IMG/VR virus record: IMGVR_UViG_3300049982_000141
Coordinates: 1-42,715 of that record
DNA: 42,715 nucleotides
Strand: one strand, 5' to 3'
Source: a virus
Lineage: Duplodnaviria; Caudoviricetes
Positions within the stretch are counted from its first letter, which is position 1. Each line of letters opens with the position of its first letter. The position numbers were made by a program, and so were the translations under genes. Shown one piece after another: positions 17,265-25,529 of the stretch. Below the pieces are notes generated by a model. It worked only from the letters and a program-made list of their open reading frames with translations, was not told the DNA's origin and did not search any database.

Positions 17265-17566
17265 TTCTGGCTCTCCAGTTTCGCAGCCTCAGCCAGCAGT
17301 CGCGCGGCCTCGATACGAAGGTTTTCTGCCACGTTCAGCCGTTGCTTGCGCGCCTCCTCGGCCGCGTGGACATACGCCAGCGTCTTCAGAGCGTTCTGAC
17401 CATCCGGAATGCACACCCCGGCGTCATCGTCTACCACTTTGACACTGCACAGTTTTTGAAGCCACTCGTCCGCGAGATAGTGGTCTCCGGCTTGCTGAAG
17501 TTGGCCGTCTTTGTAAACCATGGTCCAGTCTTCATACCGCCAAAACTCGATGCTGCTCATCGCCAC
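17261..17566 (-). CDS. hypothetical protein with C-terminal coiled coil
   Basis: 101 aa; AEEARKQRLNVAENLRIEAARLLAEAAKLE. Confidence 0.55.
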   Translation of the reverse strand: MAMSSIEFWRYEDWTMVYKDGQLQQAGDHYLADEWLQKLCSVKVVDDDAGVCIPDGQNALKTLAYVHAAEEARKQRLNVAENLRIEAARLLAEAAKLESQK

Positions 17567-17988
17567 ATCGCCGCACTCCGCTCAGCCATCAGATCATCAG
17601 TACGAAAGTCCGCCTTCGGCATGTCGATCAGCGCACGATAGATTTTCGTGCCGCGGATCCACTTCGCAGGATCCGCCATGGCGATATCTTCATCGTGTAT
17701 CGCTGAATTCCAGACCTCGTCGGGAGCATCGGCGCAGTGCCGGGTGATCGCCCACCAGTACAACTCCGCATGCTTACGTGCGTTGCGCTCCAGCATTCGT
17801 GCAGCATTCAGCCGATGCCGGCGATCCATGTCCACGATCAAGATGTAACCCTCTACACCGTGCCACCACTTACCTTGATCGAATCGCGCAGCGGTGTCAT
17901 TGAAGATCCGGAATCTGCGTGGTACGAAGTCGATCGGTTTCGTTTTCGGGTTGCCTGGCAGAGATCCTCCGCCGAAAAGCTGACTCAT
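17557..17988 (-). CDS. hypothetical protein
   Basis: ATGA coupling at 17988; DMD..HRLNAARMLER...DPAKWIRGT.IYRAL. Confidence 0.6.
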   Translation of the reverse strand: MSQLFGGGSLPGNPKTKPIDFVPRRFRIFNDTAARFDQGKWWHGVEGYILIVDMDRRHRLNAARMLERNARKHAELYWWAITRHCADAPDEVWNSAIHDEDIAMADPAKWIRGTKIYRALIDMPKADFRTDDLMAERSAAMWR

Positions 17989-18167
17989 CGTACTTTCCGG
18001 ATCATCAGAATTTCCAGCATGATCTGCCGGCGGGAGCTGCGAATGCCGTAGCGGTACCAATCCTCCTCGCGCTGCCTACCAGCAGCCCACCAGAGACCGA
18101 GTACGAAAGAGAGCAGCGCGAGGAGGATTACCTCAGCTGCAAACAGAAGAATCATCGTCGTAGTCAC
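17985..18167 (-). CDS. small membrane protein
   Basis: GGAGAGG RBS; ILLFAAEVILLALLSFVLGLWW. Confidence 0.55.
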   Translation of the reverse strand: MTTTMILLFAAEVILLALLSFVLGLWWAAGRQREEDWYRYGIRSSRRQIMLEILMIRKVR

Positions 18168-18247
18168 AGGAGTCGTACCCTCTCCAGAGTTGGGGGTCCG
18201 CCGAAGCAGTGGTCAAACTAGGCTCAGCCACTCCGACGGAACATCAT

Positions 18248-18277
18248 CAGTTTACTTCCACACTGAGGAAAAGGCAA
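18248..18277 (-). promoter_or_regulatory. leftward promoter overlapped by operator-like motif 1
   Basis: TTGCCT-17-TAAACT on minus; CAGTTTACTTCCACACTG at 18248-18265. Confidence 0.6.
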
Positions 18278-18282
18278 GACCT

Positions 18283-19029
18283 TTAGCGGAGCACCTGCGT
18301 ACCCGGCAACCTCTTGAGCTGTCGGTGCAGCGCAGCCGGTGTCACGTCCTGCGGGATATGCCCGTCATCGAAGACGTGATAGCCGGCGTCCGTGAGCGCC
18401 TGGTCGACCAGCTGGGAGCAGATCATGTGCCCGGTGCTGGTCACGTAGCGGTCGAACGGCGTGCGCTGCGTAGGCTCGAGCGCCAGCACGTGCCGGCCGG
18501 CGATCGCCGCGTAGTCCAGGAACGAGTAGGGCACGTCGATGTACTTCTGTGCAGCCTGCGCTGCATGGAATCCCCACTCCGCCTGCCGGTACGGCAGTTT
18601 GAGCAGACTGCTCGGCTCGAGGTAACCCGGCCGCAGGATCGGGAAGCCGGACGCGAACGATTCCTCAGTCAGCTCGATCTCTTCAGCACCGTGCGGCATC
18701 GCCTGCACGATCTTCGGCCCCTTCAGCCAGCGAGCAGCGGATCTCATCTGTTCCGCGTTCCCGAGGATGGTCGCCTGTTGCTCGGCTTGCGTCACCATCG
18801 CCACGTGCCGTACCCGCCACTCCGCCTTCGTGGCGTCGCCGAGGATCACCTGGCCGGCACCTACCAACGCGCCCGCGTAGCCGGTGATCGTCGGGAAAAT
18901 GACGTCGCCGGGACGCAGGTCGGCCAGGGTGATCGGAGGTGGACTGTTGCTGTACACGTGCAGTTTGCTCAGATCGTGTGCCTCATCGGCCGGGGCGCCG
19001 CAGTACGGACAAATGCTTGTCTCGGTCAT
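18283..19029 (-). CDS. permuted papain-like NlpC/P60 amidase (YaeF/YiiX, C92-like)
   Basis: LRPGDVIF, RHVAMV (His), AQKYIDVPYSF, ICSQLVDQAL..AG (Cys), VTPAAL in permuted His-before-Cys order. Confidence 0.75.
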   Translation of the reverse strand: MTETSICPYCGAPADEAHDLSKLHVYSNSPPPITLADLRPGDVIFPTITGYAGALVGAGQVILGDATKAEWRVRHVAMVTQAEQQATILGNAEQMRSAARWLKGPKIVQAMPHGAEEIELTEESFASGFPILRPGYLEPSSLLKLPYRQAEWGFHAAQAAQKYIDVPYSFLDYAAIAGRHVLALEPTQRTPFDRYVTSTGHMICSQLVDQALTDAGYHVFDDGHIPQDVTPAALHRQLKRLPGTQVLR

Positions 19030-19250
19030 TCCTTCTCATCCCCTCGTAGTACGAATCGTGGAATCGATTTAAAGCTTCCGTTCGCCTGACTGGTCAGGTG
19101 GTAACAACGGCAGGCCTTGCAGAGATAGTACGAACGGGCGTGTTTGACGCCGGGTGGTGTCTCCATGGCGATGCGGATCAGCGCCAACTTCGCTTTCCAC
19201 TCCTCCCGGTACCACACCTTCCCGTTTCCTGACGGACACTCCAGCATCAT
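19026..19250 (-). CDS. small putative Zn-binding protein
   Basis: CPSGNGKVWY...A...YLCKACRCYHLTS. Confidence 0.6.
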   Translation of the reverse strand: MMLECPSGNGKVWYREEWKAKLALIRIAMETPPGVKHARSYYLCKACRCYHLTSQANGSFKSIPRFVLRGDEKE

Positions 19251-19270
19251 CCCTCCCCCGGATACGACGA

Positions 19271-19298
19271 AGCGGGGTAGCCGCTCCGCTACCCCGCT
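19271..19298. terminator. intergenic hairpin
   Basis: AGCGGGGTAGC / GCTACCCCGCT 11-bp stem. Confidence 0.5.
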
Positions 19299-19313
19299 CC
19301 ACGCTTGCCGGCC

Positions 19314-19667
19314 TTACTCGACGCGATCCAGAATGTCACCGTCATGTTCCAAGATTGGCAAGCTTGTATTGTCCTGGCCGGCCTGTTCCACCCGCTCGAG
19401 TTCGGCCGCCTCGGCGGCGCGCTCCTGCTTCAGCTTGCGCCGCAGCACCAGTTCCGCGACGTCGCCCTCGACGGTCACGTCGGAGACGATGCGCTTGGTG
19501 GGCAGGCCGATGCCCTCGGTCTCGCCGAAGCTCACGGCGTACTCAACGTCGCCGGCCAGCTGCACGGTGCGCAGGTGGTACGCGATGGCGTTCAGGTCGC
19601 CGTCGGTTTGGATCAGTTCCGCATCCTGCTTGACGTCGCGGACGACCAGCCGGTAGGTGTTGCCCAT
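19314..19667 (-). CDS. hypothetical protein
   Basis: GAGGG RBS; 117 aa; strong high-GC codon bias. Confidence 0.65.
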   Translation of the reverse strand: MGNTYRLVVRDVKQDAELIQTDGDLNAIAYHLRTVQLAGDVEYAVSFGETEGIGLPTKRIVSDVTVEGDVAELVLRRKLKQERAAEAAELERVEQAGQDNTSLPILEHDGDILDRVE

Positions 19668-19782
19668 GGTCCCTCATCCCTGCGGCGCCCTGCCGCTCCG
19701 TAACCCGCTTCGACTAAACCCTGATCTGTCGCCTCAGGCAGCGTGATGCGTGAACCGAGAAGCCGAAGCGGGAGGCGCAGCG

Positions 19783-20418
19783 TCAGCGGCTCAGAGTCAC
19801 CTCGTTGATCCACGAGGGGTAACCGCCCGGGTTGGGCTTCTGGCCGACCCGCTTCACCGTCAGGGTGAGACCGATCATCTCCTTCTCGTCACGCAAGCCG
19901 AGAAGCTGGATCTGCTTGCGCAGCGCCTTCAGATCTTCACCCGAGACATAGAAGGCACGGGAACCGTCGTCCGGCATGTTCGGATCCCGCTCCACCGCGG
20001 CGGCTTCCGCAGCGTCGAAGCGGTAGTCCGTGGCCAGCTCGATCACGGTGTCCAAGACCTTGCGCAGCTGCTCACCGGTAACCGCGTCCACGGGCGAGAA
20101 GCTGATCTTCTCGCCCCTCGGGCCGGGGGTGATCGCCCAGTACTTCGGCTGCTTCGACTTGAAGTCGCGGGAGTGAACGTCGTACGGGGCGGTGACGATC
20201 CGGCCGGAGCGCACGGTGCCGAGGGTGTGGGTCTTGTTCAGCAGCGACGGCGGAAGCACCGGTCCGCCGAAGAGCTGCGACCCCTGGCCGGCGAAGGACG
20301 TGGTCAGGTTGCCGTTCGTGTCCGCGATCTGCCCTGCGGGTACGGCCGGGGTGGCGTAGGCGGGAGCCGGCTGTGCGGCCTGAGCTGCGGCCTGCTGGAA
20401 GGCGTTCGGTGCGGTCAT
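19783..20418 (-). CDS. single-stranded DNA-binding protein, actinophage type (putative)
   Basis: GAGGA RBS; G.V.SG.IV..P...SRDF...PK.W...VIELATD...DDG.R.FYV.G...IG.TLTV pattern. Confidence 0.6.
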   Translation of the reverse strand: MTAPNAFQQAAAQAAQPAPAYATPAVPAGQIADTNGNLTTSFAGQGSQLFGGPVLPPSLLNKTHTLGTVRSGRIVTAPYDVHSRDFKSKQPKYWAITPGPRGEKISFSPVDAVTGEQLRKVLDTVIELATDYRFDAAEAAAVERDPNMPDDGSRAFYVSGEDLKALRKQIQLLGLRDEKEMIGLTLTVKRVGQKPNPGGYPSWINEVTLSR

Positions 20419-20459
20419 GCGTGTTCCTCGTTTCGATGGGTCAATGGATCGACGTTTGA

Positions 20460-21225
20460 TGACCGGAGGCGGGCCGCTTTGTGCGGCATGCTCGCTAGCT
20501 GACACCCGCCTCCGGGCAGACCTTAGATCGTAGCCGTCCGGTCTGCTACGGCTATCCGGTTGAGATACGCCTACCGGCAATGCGTGTCCGCTCTACGCCA
20601 TCCGCGGGAATGTTGACCGGGATGGTCTGACGGACTGCGTACTCCTAAAGGGAATCGATACCCTTTCGCATACCCGCATTCATTCGCGGCAGGAGCGGTG
20701 AGAGGATGTGCGAGCCCAACTCGCCTTTAATCTTCAGCTTTGGACACTGAAGCCCATCCTCTCATGTTCGTCTCTCCGAACCGTCACCCCTTACCAGAGG
20801 GGTTCCATGCTCGAGTCGACGACCGATTACGCCAACCCTTGCGTACTCCTGCCGGGCAGCGAACCCGGAACGCCGTTTCACCTACGGTGCAGGAGTGCCC
20901 CTCGCTGCGGATCACCTCGGAGAGGATCGAGGCCTACAAAACCGGAAACGGAGGGTTCCGGCCGATCCTATTCAGTTGTGTAGACGCGGAAGCAGGTACG
21001 CCAACCCGTGATTGGTAACGGGCTTTGATGAGCGTCCTTACCGGGATGTAGATTCGGCTTGACTCCCGCGCCCCAGCTTCAGTTGTGATGTCAGCTTACT
21101 CCAGTCGACACCCCGTGTCCATCGACTCGCCGGCACTTCGATCTCCTGTTCCGTCTCCGGAGCGCGGTGCTGTCCTGTGTAGATCATGCGTTTCCCTCCG
21201 CCGAGAGATTGAGTTCAGGTGAACC
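20460..21225 (-). ncRNA. candidate large structured non-coding RNA
   Basis: no credible ORF; many perfect stems and multibranch junctions (20463-20515, 20647-20666, 20699-20764, 20845-20896); strand inferred from flanking genes, tRNA-like element and promoter. Confidence 0.55.
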
Positions 21226-21226
21226 G

Positions 21227-21296
21227 TGTCGAGTGCAGGATTCGAACCTGCGACCAACCACAAGTGGGCCCGCTCTATCCCCTGAGCTAACTCGAC
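21227..21296 (-). tRNA. tRNA-like element with shortened, non-canonical anticodon arm; identity undetermined
   Basis: acceptor GTCGAGT/ACTCGAC; D arm GCTC-AGGGGATA-GAGC; T arm GCAGG-TTCGAAT-CCTGC; only 20 nt between D and T arms; no encoded CCA. Confidence 0.7.
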
Positions 21297-21971
21297 ATTG
21301 CCGTACACCGGCCCAACCACCTACCGGCTCGCGCACCCCGCGAAATTATGAGCCATGCAGCCCGGTCGCCACGTACACCGCCTACCGCTGTCGTACCTTC
21401 CGATTCGCTGGCGGTCCGTTTGGTCTCCGGTGGTGCGCTTCCCTTGCTGTGATCTATAGATGACCGTTGGCGCCATGTTCGCCCTAGTCCGGTCTAGCGG
21501 CTTGTCGCAAATAGCGGGCGCTGCTGCTAGATTGCCGTAGCGATCATCGAGCTAGCGCACTGATTATGTTGACCGTGCATGGTGCCGCTTTCGTACTGAT
21601 CTTTAAGCGGATATCGATGCCGCTTTGCTTTTCTTCAGACCGGCAGTAGTGGCCGGAAAAAGTTCGTCGGTGGCAACCCAGATCAGCGTGTCGGAACCCA
21701 AGGGCTTAACTTCAGTCGTTCCGCTGAACGGGTCATCGTTGTTGATTTGAACGAGATTGGAGCGATAATAACGGAAGATGCTGGCTAGGGCTCCGTAGCT
21801 GTCCATTTCGTCTCTCTCGGGTGGAGCTTCACGGGGAACCGGGTCGGCGGGCTTCCTGAGTTCCAACCGCTAGAGCGGAGCGCTTGATAGCTCCGTCCGC
21901 AAGTTCCCTCTCGGTCCACGTTCAGTTTAAGTAACCGGTTCCCCTGTGAAGTTGTTTGCCTTACAAGAAGA

Positions 21972-22003
21972 ACACTACCCGACGCCAGTGCTGATGTCAA
22001 CTG
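21972..22003 (-). promoter_or_regulatory. leftward sigma70-type promoter with operator-like motif 2, heading the non-coding locus
   Basis: TTGACA-17-TAGTGT on minus; CAGTTGACATCAGCACTG at 22003-21986. Confidence 0.7.
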
Positions 22004-22968
22004 CTGATCTCAAGATCTTTGCGACTCGGCGAAACCCAGTGGCTCAGCGCCATCCTCTCCGCGCTCTTGGAGTCCGTCCGCTCATCCATCACCTGGCGGG
22101 CCAACTGTGCGATTCGCCAGCCACGTACCAAATCGGCGCGCCGCAGGTACGGTGTGCCGCCATCGGATGGCGAGTGCAGCACCACACCCTCTGTCTGGTC
22201 CACGTAGCTCAGCGGGCCCTCCTCGTAGCCGGTGTGGTCCTCGGTGACCATCCACTTCGATCGGGCGTACACCGCCTCCTGCGCGTCGATCTCCAACCAG
22301 GAGTAGAACTTGCGGCGCTTCGTCTTCAGGTCGCCCATCAGTAACCGGCCAGTGGCCTGCTCGAGCAGCACGTCGTCGAAGCGGCCCGCGCAGTTCACCT
22401 CCGTGTTGCGTACCGTGCGCTCGCTGAGCCCTCGGATCCGCTCCAGGCCGGCATCGGCTAGGAGCTTCTCTACGGCGAGGGTCTGCTCCCGCATGGCCGG
22501 CGTACCGATCAGCCGACCGGTCTCGGCGCGAATCTCCCAGGCCTTGTGCCGGTTGTTGCCGGCCTCCCGCGCCTCGTTCGCCCCCGCCCGGTCCTTGGCC
22601 TGGCCGATGATGCTCTGGTCCTCGTGCTTCGGAAACCCGGTCAGCATCATCCGTACCTCAGGAAAGTCGCGGATCCGGGAGAAGTCCACGCCCTCGAGCT
22701 GCCAGCGGTGAACGGCCAGGCAGAGCTTCTCGTACAGCGACGGGCTCAACGCCAGCCCGATGAGTGCCTGCTCCTGCTCCCACATGTTCAGCGCCCGGGA
22801 TTCGACGATGGCGCCGCACAGGTTCGTGGTGCGGGTCAGTCCGCTGGGAACCCAGTCACCACCCGACTTGACGCCGGCCTCACCGGGCAGCAGCGGCATG
22901 TGGTACCGGCCGTTGTAGACGTTGCCGAACACCTTCTGCTCCTCCGGAGCGAAGAGAGCAGATGTCAC
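21997..22968 (-). CDS. PD-(D/E)XK exonuclease (RecE/Cas4-like)
   Basis: ERTV.N..VNCAGRFD...MGDLKT...Q.AVYA. Confidence 0.75.
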   Translation of the reverse strand: MTSALFAPEEQKVFGNVYNGRYHMPLLPGEAGVKSGGDWVPSGLTRTTNLCGAIVESRALNMWEQEQALIGLALSPSLYEKLCLAVHRWQLEGVDFSRIRDFPEVRMMLTGFPKHEDQSIIGQAKDRAGANEAREAGNNRHKAWEIRAETGRLIGTPAMREQTLAVEKLLADAGLERIRGLSERTVRNTEVNCAGRFDDVLLEQATGRLLMGDLKTKRRKFYSWLEIDAQEAVYARSKWMVTEDHTGYEEGPLSYVDQTEGVVLHSPSDGGTPYLRRADLVRGWRIAQLARQVMDERTDSKSAERMALSHWVSPSRKDLEISS

Positions 22969-23204
22969 GCGCCACCATCCTCAAGGCCACGTCGATATGC
23001 GTCGTCAATGCGCTTCTGCCAGTCGACGTCACCGACTATCCTGGGATAGCCGAGACGGTCACTGAGCATTTCCGGGCGTGTCGAGTCACGCTCCACAATG
23101 GCGAGCACCGCCTTGATCCCGGCCCTCGTGTCGATGATCTCGCCCGACTCGGTACCGGCTTGCTCAAATGCTGTGACCATCTCGTCTGTCACCTCGATAG
23201 TCAT
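22965..23204 (-). CDS. hypothetical protein, paralog A
   Basis: ATGA coupling; MTIEVTDEM...AVLAIVERD. Confidence 0.65.
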   Translation of the reverse strand: MTIEVTDEMVTAFEQAGTESGEIIDTRAGIKAVLAIVERDSTRPEMLSDRLGYPRIVGDVDWQKRIDDAYRRGLEDGGA

Positions 23205-23476
23205 GCCCACGAACTCCATCCATCGTTTTCGATGTAGCGTCCATGGCGTCCACCGTGATGAGGAGACAGAGTGCATTTTCGATAGGCGAAGTCCTCCTCC
23301 CCTGGGTACTCGAATGCACCGCAGATCTTCGGGCCGATCTCGTGGTCACGCTCCACAATGGCGAAGACGGCTTCGAGGCTGGCCTTCGTCTCCAGGTACG
23401 TGGAGCAGTGATTCGTCAGCGCGATGCTGGCATCGCGTGCCGCTGCAATCATCTCGTCTGTCACCTCGATGGTCAT
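23201..23476 (-). CDS. hypothetical protein, paralog B
   Basis: MTIEVTDEM...AVFAIVERD plus ICGA...CTLSPHHGGRH Cys/His tail. Confidence 0.65.
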   Translation of the reverse strand: MTIEVTDEMIAAARDASIALTNHCSTYLETKASLEAVFAIVERDHEIGPKICGAFEYPGEEDFAYRKCTLSPHHGGRHGRYIENDGWSSWA

Positions 23477-23733
23477 CCCCGGTTACCGTCCTGCTCCTGC
23501 GGCGCCAGCATCGCGCGGGAGCGCGCCATGTCCTGCTTTTCGTCCCAGTCCGTGAACGCCTCCTGGACGATGTTGTCGATCATGTCCTCCAGCCGCATAC
23601 AGGTGGCGTCATCGTTGGGAAGATCGGCTTTCCGCAACATTTCTCTGATCACCGCAACAGTCGCATCCCTCGGAACGAAGTACCCTCGGCCAAACTGCTC
23701 CGCCAACGTCCGTGCCAGCTCTTCGATCTTCAC
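23473..23733 (-). CDS. hypothetical protein
   Basis: GTGA coupling to the helicase stop. Confidence 0.55.
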   Translation of the reverse strand: MKIEELARTLAEQFGRGYFVPRDATVAVIREMLRKADLPNDDATCMRLEDMIDNIVQEAFTDWDEKQDMARSRAMLAPQEQDGNRG

Positions 23734-25529
23734 GTCATTCCGCCTCTCGCCGCTACCATGAATGTCACTACAGGGTCGATCCTGGCCGTGCCGATCGCTG
23801 TGGACACCAGATCGTGGACGTCGCCACGGTGCATGCCCTTCGTGATCTCGATACCGTACTTGGCACACAGCTTCCGCCAGGGGAAGGAGATCGGAGCCTT
23901 GCGCCACCGCTCTGCGGTGCTAGCCTCACGCACCGCGGCGTCGCCCCCCAGTTCTTCCAGTACCTCCTCGGCCCAGCTGACCGCCATGTCCAGCGGCAGG
24001 CCGACGTGCTGTGTCAGGTCGCCCTGCCGGCCAGTGTGGTTACCGCCGCAGGCGCATGTCCGGGACGCGGCCAGGTAGGGCGCCAGGCCGGGGCAGTGCG
24101 GGTAGAAGAAACCGGCCGGCGACTGCGTCAGCCAGGCCACGTCCCACTTCGCCGGTTCCTCGTTCGGCACCAGCAGCACGTACGCCTCTTTGCCGACCGG
24201 CAGGAAATAGGTACCGCCGGCCGTCTGCAACCAGGCCCCGATGCCCGTCCTGGCGAGGGGGTCGAAGTCGACGGCGACCGTCTCGCCGTAGTAAAGCTCC
24301 TCCGGAGCGGCGCCGGGATCAGCCTCCTCGAGCGCGTCAAGTGCGTCTTCGAGTTCGAGCAGGGATTCACCGTCCTGCATCTCCACGTCAGCGGGGGCCC
24401 GCTCGGAAAGGTCGACCAGCGTGCGCAGATCGTGGCCCGAGGAACCGAACGGAGTCACGTCCAGGACGAGACAGTCTCCGCGTTCGTCGGGAGCCAGCTC
24501 GAGGTCGGGGCGCAGTCCGCGGCCGATCATCTGCTGATAGAGCGGAGCACTCTTCGTGGGGCGGGCGTTGACGATGCAGGAGACCGTGGGCTCATCGAAT
24601 CCCTCGGTCAGCACGGCACAGTTCCACACCACCTGGATATCGCCGGCGTGCAGCCGCTTCAGTATCAGTCGGCGTTCCTCTTCGGGGGTCCCGCCCGATA
24701 CCACTGCCGAACGAATACCAGCTTGCTCGAATGCGTCCGCGAAGTGATGCGCACTCTCCACGGTAGGTGCAAATCCGAGCCCCTTTCGGGAACCGGCGTG
24801 CTCCACATACGCTTCCGCCACAATCGACGGCGCGAACGAGCGGTCAAGCTCCTCGGCCAGCGAGCCATCCTGGTAGTCTCCTCCACTCTTCTTCACGCTG
24901 GACAGGTTGAGATCGGGTACCACGATGCGCTTACCGCGGACGTCCAGCAGGTAGCCCCGGCGGATGCCGAAAGCGATGCCACGCTTGAACGTGCAGGCCT
25001 GCCACACGTCGGAGAGCTTCGCCTTGTCCCCGCGGGCGAGCGTGGCGGTGAAGCCGGCAACCTTGACCGCGTGCGTAGTAATGCCGCCGCTGTCGAACGC
25101 CCCGAAGTGATCGAGAATATCGATGTACGTCTTCGCGGTAGCGTGATGACACTCGTCCACGATGATCAGTCCGACGTTACGGATCATCATTCGCCGCTTC
25201 GCCGATCGCAAGCTCTGTACGGAGGCGACGATCACCCTGGCCGTGACGTCGTTCTGCTCCGCTTTGACGATGCCGACGTGTAGATCCGGCGCCACGTCCT
25301 TGATCTTCTGCACTGCCTGGCGCACCAGCTCATCGGTGTGGACCAGCACCAGCACCCGCCTAGCCACATTGGAGCGAATCCACTTCACGATCAGGTGTGC
25401 GAAGATCACCGTTTTGCCCAGTCCGGTCGCCAGCACCATCGGGACGCGGGTGTCGCCCGCATCCCAGCGAGTGTGCAGTTCGGTGATCGCCTCCGTCTGA
25501 TAGTCACGAAGACGAAGGAGCGCACTCAC
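23730..25529 (-). CDS. superfamily 2 DEXH helicase
   Basis: LRDYQ, ATGLGKT, DECHH, GFTAT, LTEGFD, QMIGRGLR motifs. Confidence 0.9.
   Translation of the reverse strand: MSALLRLRDYQTEAITELHTRWDAGDTRVPMVLATGLGKTVIFAHLIVKWIRSNVARRVLVLVHTDELVRQAVQKIKDVAPDLHVGIVKAEQNDVTARVIVASVQSLRSAKRRMMIRNVGLIIVDECHHATAKTYIDILDHFGAFDSGGITTHAVKVAGFTATLARGDKAKLSDVWQACTFKRGIAFGIRRGYLLDVRGKRIVVPDLNLSSVKKSGGDYQDGSLAEELDRSFAPSIVAEAYVEHAGSRKGLGFAPTVESAHHFADAFEQAGIRSAVVSGGTPEEERRLILKRLHAGDIQVVWNCAVLTEGFDEPTVSCIVNARPTKSAPLYQQMIGRGLRPDLELAPDERGDCLVLDVTPFGSSGHDLRTLVDLSERAPADVEMQDGESLLELEDALDALEEADPGAAPEELYYGETVAVDFDPLARTGIGAWLQTAGGTYFLPVGKEAYVLLVPNEEPAKWDVAWLTQSPAGFFYPHCPGLAPYLAASRTCACGGNHTGRQGDLTQHVGLPLDMAVSWAEEVLEELGGDAAVREASTAERWRKAPISFPWRKLCAKYGIEITKGMHRGDVHDLVSTAIGTARIDPVVTFMVAARGGMT

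Noticed and set aside
21080-21097. Eleventh operator-like copy (AAGCTGACATCACAACTG on minus)
   Set aside because: Two mismatches in one CAGT half-site and no associated promoter
20708-21463. Short ORFs on both strands of the non-coding locus
   Set aside because: No clear RBS, atypical codon usage, and overlap with the tRNA-like element and stems
21603-21866. 87-aa ORF
   Set aside because: TTG start lies inside the predicted structured block and codon bias is weak; a shorter ATG-21806 version remains possible but unsupported
20420-21965. tmRNA, CRISPR array, retron or self-splicing intron as explanation of the RNA locus
   Set aside because: The tRNA-like part has a full D arm, unlike tmRNA; no regularly spaced repeats; no reverse transcriptase, Cas or homing nuclease recognised; no interrupted gene. 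A covariance search is still needed
21997-22968. Cas4-like nuclease as sign of a CRISPR system
   Set aside because: No array or other cas genes; such nucleases are routine phage recombination proteins
23712-25283. 523-aa plus-strand ORF and similar long antisense ORFs (7637-8776, 25759-26838, 35049-36269)
   Set aside because: Antisense shadows of real high-GC genes
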